64,000 nt of DNA. It comes from Chlorokybus atmophyticus. Its lineage: Eukaryota; Plantae; Mesostigma and Chlorokybus algae. The translations under genes and the position numbers were made by a program. Shown here in pieces: positions 12,001-22,587 of this stretch. The stretch is taken from NCBI GenBank assembly GCA_009103225.1, contig RHPI01000772.1:77108-141107 (forward strand), written 5' to 3'. How positions within the stretch are numbered: the stretch's first letter is position 1; every line of letters starts with the position of its first letter. Under the pieces are notes generated by a model that had not been told where the DNA came from, did no database searches, and saw nothing but the letters and a program-made list of their open reading frames with translations.

Positions 12001-13899
12001 CACACTTGCATACAATAGCCACCATGCCATCAATCGCTGGTGCAATAAGGATGCCAACAACTTAATAAAAGCTGCAAAGGTGGCTGATTGTTTTAAGCTT
12101 GACAGGCAGCAGAGCATTGAACAAAATGATTGAGACAGACTCGCGTTATAGATACTATACATGCTACCAACGTACTAGATCATGCAAGCCTCTCAATCAT
12201 CTTGGGTGCACAACGACAAGTATTAGCAGGGTTTGTTGTGAACACATTCGTTGTTCGCATGTCAATATGCACGCTGGTCGATTTGGCTTAGCCACAGCGG
12301 TTGCTGCACACAATTGGCAACCTACAGACGGCGCACTGCGCTGATCAGCTAAGCCACAACACAGCTTAGCTTCATGAAGCTAAGGCATGCAGCGGAACAG
12401 TAAATGTGACAAAGCGAAACCAAGGCACGGGTGCATTGCCTTAACAACCCGCTTCAGGTTTGACCACCATGCATGCGGTTTGTGACGGACATAGTGCTAG
12501 ACTACCGCTTGTGCGTTTACCGAACAAGCTTGACAATGAGCAATGCATATGTACATTTTGTGCACTGGTGTGCAAGCTTGCTAGCAGTGACCAAGCACAC
12601 GCAACACATAAGCTACAGTTGTATGAAGCTTCACAACACTTGTCGTTTGCACTAACGGAGCCCGTTCACTGCCGTGGTGGCTCCAGCTGGCATTAAAACT
12701 ACATGCAAGCTGCCACCGTCGCCTCTGACGAGCTGCAGTCGGCGACATGCTTGCATACATGGCTGCCTTCAGCGCCCGCGACGCAGCGCTGATCACTAGG
12801 TCTACAACACGGACAACAAAATGGTGGTCAACGGCAATGAAGCTCTTAATCACCACCACTAGCACCACCGCCACCGCCACCGCCACCATCGCCTTTCAGC
12901 TCAACCATATGTCGTGCTTGTAATCGTCAATGACTTCGACATAAAGGTTGCAATATGCATAAGCGGCGGCAGCCGCGGCGACATTGGCGGCGTGGAGACC
13001 GCTGTCGTTCACGGGGCAGTGCTTGCGTCGATGGGCACGCCGGTGTGCATATCAGCTGGCATAGGCTTGGTGGCATGCTCTTGTGTCTAGCGACGGGTGG
13101 GCAGCGACGGGTGGGCAGCGTAGCAGAGGTTTTAGTGCTTGAGTTGAAGTTACAGCTGCTGTCTCTTCGAGGTATGCTTTGCAAGTCAGCTCATGCTATT
13201 GTTTAACGCAGCATGCTGTTCCATGCGAGGGTTGGGCGCATGTATTGTAAACTGATCTACCGTAGATCAACTTATCAGCACAATGCTTGCCATGTGTCTG
13301 TTTCGTGTGTGTGAAGCATTGTCACAATAGCTCTGGCAAAGCTCACAAAAGGGGGGCAGCGCACATTGAAATGAATGTGATACATGGGAACACAGCAATA
13401 CACGGGTTCATACAACATTGCATATAACACTGCACTGCTGTGAAATCTACACATGAGAGTCCTTTGCTTCCATCACCTGCCGCAGCGCTTTACAACACAC
13501 TGTGGCCATGTGTGCTGACATTGGCATGCATTGATTTGGCAAGATAACGCATAGATGCTTGGCTTGCATTGGTATGCTATCTCATGCAAGTAGCAATAGC
13601 TCCTCATGAACGCTACTCTTGCCAACAGTGCTTGGCCACTTATCATGGAGACCGGTCAGCCATGGTAGTGGATGACATTGCGACGAGTGTCGTTGTGTAC
13701 ACATGCATGTGGCCATGATATTACAAGTGAAGTCACTCTTTTGCCATCCACCAGTGCAAGCCATCACTGTCGCACGGGTTCGCCAGCATACTACTATTTT
13801 ACAAGCACTGACAGTTGCGGATCAACCGTCAACTGTTGAAGTTGCTGGTTCTCTTTAAGCCCTTATGCAATGACTTGCTAACTTGTGATCATTTCACAG

Positions 13900-15300
13900 T
13901 TTAGCAGTAACGTTTTCACGCGCATCACGAGAGCAGCTACAGGCAGAGCCATTTTGCCCCAATACTACAACTTTTTGTACGGGCAAGGGCCAGCCTACAA
14001 CGTTAACACATCTCTCAACTCGATTGACTCCGGGCAAATACCGTATATATTCGCGGCACAATTGCGCTTTGCATGCTGCTCATCAATTCTTGACAATGCT
14101 CATGACGACAGTAACAACGTGAGCTGCTGCTCCTTGCCAAGCCATTCTATTGCCTTTTTACAAGTAGGAATGCTGGGGCTGCCCATTCAACATTATCTGT
14201 TTGCTAGTTGCCAGCATAAATCATATGGGGCAGGCCTCCAGGGTCAGAAGCTGAGCAGCAAGCTGTGCGCCAATTTTAAGAGGGCTGTCTTTCCCGAGTG
14301 GCGTTGCTCGTTACGCAAGGCAAGCCACGGTCACTTTTTCGCGATCCCAAAAAGTTGGAGAGACACATGCATGAGGTATTTTGCAATTGTATCGAATAGC
14401 TCACTTTGAATTCTTGGGTGCTTATGCTAAAGCTGTGATTGCAATTTTTAAGGCTAATTCCTGATGTGAGCACGACAGCAGTGGCAAAAGGTACACTCAT
14501 ACGCAACTGTCCTACGAGACTTACAATCAACACGTTAAGGCTCCAAGAGCTTGCAAGCAGCAGTAACAAGGACCTTTGCAGTATGCCGCGCAGCGCTGCC
14601 TCAATGCTTGCTTTCACATTGGAGGTTGTGGCTACAAGATTTGTTGCCTTGCGGACATTTTTGGCAGCTGGTTATGCGCGTACGGTTGCATGGTTGAAAC
14701 GATGCCCTTATGTGATATGCGCCGCCGTTGCTTCCATGTTCCGCCGCAAGCTTCAGACAGTCGCGAACACGCCCGAGTCTGATGATATCGGCAGCAAGAG
14801 CCTTGCCATGCAGATTATCATATGCGAGCCAGGAGTGGTAGTCCGGATGTCATTTAAGCAAATGCAAATACGCCGCAAGTGGCTAGCTGCAGAGCTTACA
14901 GAGCGAAGCATGCGGGCAATGCCGACATTGTCGATGTCAATAACGCATGGAGACAACGTTCTCGACCAACATTGTTTTGTCGGCATGCAGTTCCCATTGC
15001 GGACTCGGCAGCCATGGGGTACTCTGCGGCCTCATGGCACACAAGGTTTCTAAAGTTCGTTCGCTAGCAACAAGAGCTTACAGAGGCACGTTAGGCGCAA
15101 TCAGCCAACAACATTGTTATGCCAACATTGGGGAAAGAATGAGGAGCATTATGTTGGCTTGGTGGTTCAGTGGTTCAACACAATGCGGGACAGCTGCTAG
15201 CGTAAACCGCCACGGAAGCATGACGGCATGCGGGTGAAAGCAATGCGGGCTGTGTGGTATGCATGGCTTTTTTGCTTGCTGCTGTGGTGGATGGTTAGCC
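13900..15300 (+). pseudogene. Decayed multi-exon gene of unknown family, paralog B
   Basis: Inverted homolog of 10700-12000. Peptides FTRITRAAT, IE*LTLNSWV and LEVVATRFVALRTFLAAGYARTVAWLKRCP. In-frame stops present. Confidence 0.55.
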
Positions 15301-17945
15301 TGAGACGAATGAGCCATGTGCCTCTTCCCGGGTAGGTATGCGTTTTTTCTTTGATATCGTCTGGCTGGGATGCGTTGAGGTCGGCCGAAGCATGCACTGC
15401 TTAGCCCATCGCAAATTGCATTCATCAAATCTGTTGCTTGTATTGGTATGTGTCTTATGGCATAGAAGTTGGTGAAAAAGACCAGTTGGGTTAAATTCGG
15501 TTGGGTTGGGTTTGGTTGAAATGCAAAGGCGTAACTTCCTGCCATGGTCACTTTTGGCGTTGCATGCAGATGAAGTGTGACCATTTGTTGCCGTGTTCAG
15601 CCATGGATCCGGCTATGTCCATTTTAATGCCGCTGGCATTGTCATTGGTGCAGCTTTTTTCTGCCTACGCGCCCACCGTGGAAAACGTCCACCCCTCTGA
15701 CATAGACAATGGCGACAACAGTTGGAAAATGAGTAAACCTTTAAGATGCGTGCGCGTGCGTGTTTATCACACCACACTTGGCTTGACAGCATATGCTTAT
15801 GCTTCTGCGGTAGTTTGCTTCTTTCCCAACCATAGGTGTGACAACTGCGTTTCCCGCCGACGACTAAGAAGGCGAGCGTGCATGGCATGTATGTCCGCAA
15901 TTGCGCTCTGCATTTTTGCTCGCGTTACATATGTTGTAAGCATGCTTTTTACGTCGCTAGTTCGAGTTGCACGAGCTGCGTCCTATTAGCACATAATGTA
16001 CAACGATAAGTATTATCTCTACGGTGTGATTGTTTAATGTGTGTAACATTATAAACATGTAGCAGGTCAGTTACAATAATCATATATCGATTAATAGAAG
16101 TGCATTATCTCTTAAATTGAGCGTGTATCAATGTGTTGCACATGTTTAACCCGATAGCATGCTTTTTATGCGCTGCATGTTTCATCGGTAGGATATGATA
16201 TTGATGCAAAAGTGTAACTATATTGGAAGCTGCAATAAAATTTTAGCATGCATTTTAACATTTTTGCGTAATGTATGCAACCTAGTCCATTTTTGATTGT
16301 ATGCTTTGGCTAACGAATAATCACCAAGGTTTGTTGTACCATGCTACCTCAGAGTTAATTGGTTATAACTATATATAACATATGCATTAAGGACTTTCAA
16401 GGCTACGACAATTGCTTGCCCAATAGTAAATTTTGATAGAAAGTGTGTTGCAGGTATAAAGTTCAATAACAACAACTGGAGTAGTTGCCATGCGCACATT
16501 ACATCACGCGATCCTTTTCATGTGTTTGCATAAGCAAGTGATGGCTTCAGAGTTTGCTACACTTTATGCTATAAATCCACTTAAGAGTATATAACAACAA
16601 AGTGTCATAAGTGCACTTGCATAGTTATAAAACAATTTGCGTATTACGCTATTGTATTGCGCAAACAATAATGTGCTGACTTCGAATGTAATTGATTGTA
16701 GCACTTACCGGTTCATACCAATATAATGTTGATCCTAATACTGTCGATATATAATCATGAAGGCTGTATGATGCTTAATAATTATTATGTGTAAATTAAT
16801 ACAACTTTTGCCAATCAGTTGTGGTGTTAGATTATACTGCATATCTTAATTTGAATTGTGCATTATTTGCATTATATGCCGTTACGTGCGTCCTTGTTCG
16901 GATGTTGACCATGTTTAATGACGCAGTAACAATAGCGTGTAATCAATTAGCGTTATATGGTAGAGTGGATTAGTTAGAACGAGGGTGAGTAGTGGCGGCA
17001 TGTCTTTGGGGCATGGGGCCTGCCCCGACCTCGTACCGCCAAAAGCGCGGCCGTTTTAACCACTAACCGTGCTGCAATTGCACAAAATCCCTAGCAATTT
17101 GGGGTCGCCGTTGGTAAGCAGTTGCTGCTGAGATAGTGTTCAACATCTTTTACGCATCTCTGCAATAATTGGCTATTTCGCTGCCTTTTTCAGCAACGGC
17201 TGTTGTCACCGTTGCGAAATCATTTGATTAATCTCATGTGTGACCAAATGGTTGCCTAACGATGCGAGTTTTCGTGTAATTGAACATTAACGTTAAGGTA
17301 ATTCAGGTTAGCATTATTTTCATGGTTGTAACCTCAGCATTACTGACTGAGTATCGCAGCACGTACCGTGGCGTAAACGTTACGTTCATTATTAAGTTGA
17401 AAATACTTATCTGCAGGTTGCTAGCCATATTGCACCATATTGCACCATATTGACATACAGCATATTTATCAATATTGACATACAGCATATTTATCAATAT
17501 CATTACTGTAACACATTAAAATGATCAACATGCAGCCATAAGCGGCCACGTATGCAGAACTGTGCTTAACTTTACATTTATTAGCAATTGGATGTGCTTT
17601 GGACGGCCAGGAGCGTTATTAGGCTGATCCAACGGTGTAACGATTGTTCTCGCCGTTTAGCCAATGAGAAGCAGGCGGGCCGCACATACTGCCGCGCAGC
17701 TCGGCAGTCGCGGGTGCTGTGTGATGGCCCTAGCGCGGGATGTGTGATGTAGGTTAGGTCAAATGCCGACAGGCCGGCCGGCCCGACCAATAGGCGTGAT
17801 GGGCGTAATGAATTTGTGCTTATAGCATATATATGCTCTTAACGTTCAAGAGCATATTATGCTCTTAGTCGCCAAGAGCATAACCCTGCCAAGAGCATAC
17901 GATTTTTGAGGATAACAGAATGCTCTGACGCAAGGGTAGACTATA

Positions 17946-18414
17946 TAGTCTACCCCCGTTAAAAGACTTCGGATTGAGAGAATAACCCCGTTCAGATTAC
18001 AGATTTGCAAAAGACTAATGGTTTACAGGGAAGTATCATCGGCTAGTGGAATAGTTTTGTACGCAATAAGACTACAATCAAGGGTTATTATTTTTAACAA
18101 GCTCAATCTTGTTACGAGGGAATATCACGTTGATAGCATGCTTACTCTGATGTTATAAGCATAAACATATTACAAGACTCATGTATAGTTACGTACATAA
18201 TTAATTTATTTTTTTAATAATATTATTAATTTAGTTTATGCCATGTTAAAATATAACAACGTGGCTTACGGTTATTTCGCAATACCCCTGTTAATAGAAT
18301 ATATATTATGTAAAGAATACAAGAGTATATATGATTGTAAACGCCAAGAGAATAACCCTGTTGATGGAATGAAAGCTGAAAGACACACGTGATTATTATA
18401 GCGGAGGTAGACTG
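17946..18414. mobile_element. MITE family M1 copy b
   Basis: TA|TAGTCTACCCCCGTTA ... GCGGAGGTAGACTG|TA. Colinear with 1758-2226 (roughly 75-80% by eye). Confidence 0.85.
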
Positions 18415-18464
18415 TACAGTTAAGATACGTAGTTGTACCGAATTACATTGAAACATATATTGTA

Positions 18465-18925
18465 CAGGCTACCCCCTTTGGGAGCATACTGTTGGTCTTC
18501 AAAGAGAGTTTGCTCCTGGCGAGGTTATGCTCTTGGCGATTAAGAGCATAATATGCTCTTAAACATTAAGAGCATCTATATGCTATAAAGCAGTTTAATA
18601 CGCCCATCACGCCCATTATATCACGCGCATTACGTCACGTCTATTATGCCAGTATGCTGATTATGCGTTGCACTGTACCCATCACGCCTTACCCATTACA
18701 CTCATTACGCCTTATGACGACAAATCCGTCACGCGCTACTCCCTCGATGTTAGGAACATGCACACTTACATTTGCACAAATGTCATGAAAAATAATATGC
18801 TCTTCACGGTTAGTCATATTCTCTTAAGCACTAACATTTGCGTGTAGGATCGTTAGTGATCTCATAACGTATGATACAAGCGGGGTTATTCTCTTGGAGC
18901 GAAGGCTTTTAGCAGGGGTGGACTG
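18465..18925. mobile_element. MITE family M2 copy a (TIR related to M1)
   Basis: TA|CAGGCTACCCCC ... GCAGGGGTGGACTG. Internal AAGAGCATA repeats and a shared CCAAGAGAATAACCCCG motif. Matches 57624-58081 in reverse. Confidence 0.75.
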
Positions 18926-20615
18926 TGCAACGCACACATGGCGCATATATGCACCGTGCATGTTATGCTCAAAATGTATGGATTCTTTATTCAATCGCAT
19001 ATACCTTGTGCAAATGCAGGATATGGGGATGTGCTTTGGAAGGTTGAGATTTGTTTAACACAAGCTGAATGGCCGATAGCTGATAAACGTCGGATAGTCA
19101 ATGAGAGGCAGGCGGGCTGCTCGGTATGCGCGGCAGGCAAGTAGTCTCGGGTGCCGTATGTGATGGCCCTCCGTGCGCGTGATGTGTCTTTGTGCCCTAA
19201 TGTCGGCCTCCCGGCCCAATCACGCCCAATCAGCCGCACCGCTAGTTATAACACAACTGTGTTGCAAAACATTTCGGCCATGGTGGCGATGTCGAACCCT
19301 AATCCTGGTTGAAATAGGACCTTCGACTCCTAATAGAAGCATTTCGCAATAAGGCGCGCGCGGCGCCGCGTTACGCGACATTACATTACAAAATTGCTGT
19401 CGTGGCCGCGCACAGGACCGGCGGATCGAGGGGTTTAGTAAACCCGATCGCGATGGAGCCCTGTTGTAGGGTTTCAAATAGACTGGTGGCGGCCGTCTTT
19501 GCAATTTTTATTGCCCGCCGGATATCTGGTGATGTCAGTGGCAAAGTTGTGGATGTCGTGGATCTTTCCCACTAACATTACCCAAACAATTGCCGCCGTT
19601 CAAACGTTAATGCAAAAGTACGAGAAGTGAGTGAAAACAGGCTCATAACTTTTATGACCCCTTAAGCGCGGCTAGACCTAGACCAATTTCGGGCTGTTTT
19701 GCCGCAGCCCGATCGCCACCGTGGGCGAAATGTAATGGGTAGATGCACTCGGCACAAAGTACGCCTGCCGGTACACAAGAAACGCAACTTACACTATGCA
19801 CATGCACTTTGAAGCCTTACTGGTGCCGGTGATAGTCGTGTGTTCTTGTTGTCTGTCAATGTGCATGGAGTGTTTATTTGCACGAAAATAGTTGAACATT
19901 CAGTACATGAAGTGCACATGTGGTATTACAAAGTGACATTCACCATGCGTAACACACATGCTGTGAGTCGTGTGTGACACGACTCGTGTGTTTGTCGTCA
20001 CAGCCTCTGACGGTGACAGTGTTGTGATAACACACGTCGTCGTCGACCTTTGTCCTGCGACGTGACGGACCGTTCATGACGAACGTGACGCACCTCCTTC
20101 CCGCACTTGCTGTGCCGAAGCAGCACAAGACCCTGTGCCTCCTCACGTGGTGTCCAAACCCGTCACATCACTCCGGACAGGCGCTGTCGTGCAGACAGAC
20201 ACTGTCACTTCACGCATGCAGCTCCCCTCCCCTTGCATGGCGGTGGCGGACATTGCACTCTGTCACATCACAGAATCACTGGGGAGGCATTGAATAGGCT
20301 TTGGTTGTACTTGGTGTGGTGATTTCGTGTTTGTAGGAGGGTTTGTTGTGTGATGTATGTAAAGTCAGCGTGTCAGGCCAGCGCTCCGCCACCGCTTGCT
20401 GGCCGCAGCGCACAATAGAATAGAGCAGCCCATTTTGCGCAAGCAGCAGCACAAAGGACAGTCTGTATAGTCGCATAAATAGTTTGGTTTTTGTCCTGCC
20501 AACGACAACTTCAAGTCAGTGTTGTTGTCGTTGTTGATGTGTCGTCAAGCGTACATGCAACAAGCAGTCACATAAGGTGCTTGTCATGGGATGTGACTGC
20601 TGATGTGGCTGTGCA

Positions 20616-20924
20616 GTGCACGCAGGCACAGAGACAAGGCATGGCGTGCTTGATGACTGTGTCAAAGCGCATTACATGGCCACAGCAGCATTGAGAGTGC
20701 CAAAATATGTTATGGACATGCAGTTTATAAGTCCAGCAGCTGAACAGGACTTTTCCCAAGGGCTTAACATTGGAACGGTAGTTGCTGCGTCTTCTTGTGA
20801 CAGTGAAAAGGCAGAAGTTTTGCTAATGTTGATAAGCACAGCAATATTGGCAATAACCAAAACAATCAACAAGAGAAGGCGTATCAACCAGAGGACCGAG
20901 CTTGATGCAATGCCCCCAATTGAG
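20616..20924 (+). CDS. Isolated possible coding exon of unknown function (hydrophobic stretch followed by KRRR)
   Basis: Stop-free ~100-codon frame with non-repetitive composition, ending at a GAG|GTATG donor. It could be a 5' exon of the BELL gene or a separate gene or relic. Confidence 0.25.
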
Positions 20925-21570
20925 GTATGAGGCAAGATTTTTATCACTGAGTCTGTGCATGCATGCGTCCAGAAATCTCAACTCAGTCATGACATAAAAT
21001 AGAGCCTTTTCCTCCTTCTCAGTTAGCACATTCTGCGTTAACAACACAAGCCACCGCTCTCAGGCCCTCTAACCACGCTCCTTGAGTGTCACAACACAGT
21101 CAACTGACGTGACAGGTGTGACTAACCCCTGACCAACCCCTGATCAACCCCTCATGCAGTGCTTTGATTTCACTGAGCTCTGGTTAATAGACCAAGCCAA
21201 ACTGGCCAGAACGATAGAGACAAGCCAGCTTGTGTTGACAAAGTATCAGTCTCCCCTCAAAACCCTCTCTCTTGCTCACAGTCTTTGCCTCAACTCCCTC
21301 CTCCTCCTCCTTCAGTAGTCTTGTCTTGGCCTTATCCTGCTGCTGGTGTGACAGGGAGGGCGTGGCCTGATCAGACCAGGCCAAGTAGACAGTGCTGTTG
21401 GGGAGCGGGGAGGTAGCAGTGCAAGTGTCTCTCACAGCAGCGGGCAAGCCACCACCCCCACCCCCACCCCCCCACCCCCCCAATCCAAAACCCCAGCCTG
21501 AGACTCTGCTCCAGGTGAGAGTGAAAAGACTACTGGTCAATCAGGAGAGAGCAGGACAGAGAGTGAGGGA

Positions 21571-21572
<2 letters not shown>

Positions 21573-21620
<48 letters not shown>

Positions 21621-22080
21621 NNNNNNNNNNNNNNNNNNNNNNNNNNNNNNNNNNNNNNNNNNNNNNNNNNNNNNNNNNNNNNNNNNNNNNNNNNNNNNNN
21701 NNNNNNNNNNNNNNNNNNNNNNNNNNNNNNNNNNNNNNNNNNNNNNNNNNNNNNNNNNNNNNNNNNNNNNNNNNNNNNNNNNNNNNNNNNNNNNNNNNNN
21801 NNNNNNNNNNNNNNNNNNNNNNNNNNNNNNNNNNNNNNNNNNNNNNNNNNNNNNNNNNNNNNNNNNNCTCTCTCTCTCGCTCTCTCTCTCTCGCTCGCTC
21901 GCTCTCTCTCTCGCTCCCTCTCTCTCGCTCCCTCTCTCTCCCTCTCTCTCTCTCCCTCTCTCTCTCTCCCTCTCTCTCTGTCTCCCTCTCTCTCTGTCTC
22001 TCCCTCTGTCTCCCTCTCCCTCTTTCCCTCTTTCCCTCTTTGCCTCGCTCCCTCGCTCCCTCCCTCGCTCCCTCCCTCCC
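21573..22080. repeat. (CT)n-rich tract spanning assembly gap 21621-21867
   Basis: (CT)n on both sides of an N-run. Confidence 0.95.
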
Positions 22081-22587
22081 TCCCCGCCTGCGTGTTGTAT
22101 ATGTGTACGCTTGCGAGCATGCGTGCATTCCTATGTGCGCACGCACGTGCGAGTCCAAGGACCTTTGCTGCTCACTCACGATTTGACGAACGTCTCTGCT
22201 CACCCCCATGAATTGAGTCCATCCAACACTGGATCAGTGACTCATTCTTTCTTGCCAACCAGGATCGGTTCAGCATCATCATCCACGGGTTTCCTCATCT
22301 CCACCGACTTGTATGGCCACAGCCATGCAGGCAAGGCAACATATCACTATCACTATTATTATCACCGATTGTGTCCGCATGAAGTGATGTTGATATTGAT
22401 CTGTTTATGTGTTATTACTTCATCAGGCGAGCAGTGAGGGAAGAGGTGGTGTGCGTACGCATGGCCTCGCGCAGTACCGCCAGCGTCTCCGCGAGACCTC
22501 CAGACCCTCTCGCTCTCAGGCAAGCTTTGCCACATCATTAACAGCAACAACACTCACCCAACAACAACAAGAATATTAACTAAATCA

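Larger units (their letters stand above)
16898..19245 (+). mobile_element. Composite non-autonomous rolling-circle-like (Helitron/Helentron-like) element, copy A
   Basis: T|TCGG(A/C)TGTTGACC at the 5' end and CAATCAGCCGCACCGCTAG|TT at the 3' end. No TSD; the site is TT. Colinear with the reverse complement of 57291-59586 while the flanks differ. Carries MITEs M1, M2 and an inverted half M2 (17792-17943). Confidence 0.65.

Noticed and set aside
17815-18600. A single foldback transposon with ~110-150-bp TIRs
   Set aside because: The arms resolve into an inverted half M2 and the start of a full M2, each with its own outward-facing CAG(T/G)CTACCC end at a TA.
21120-21155. Three AACCCCTGA units, plus TAACCCTAA (~535) and GGGTTTAGTAAACCC (~19432), resembling telomere repeats
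   Set aside because: Too short and degenerate to call interstitial telomere or telo-box function.
21392-22209. Long ORFs in the track (196-264 aa)
   Set aside because: They are translations of (CT)n repeats and an N-gap. Only the 21392-21513 segment ending in CAG|GTGAG could be a real exon, and it cannot be linked to a gene.
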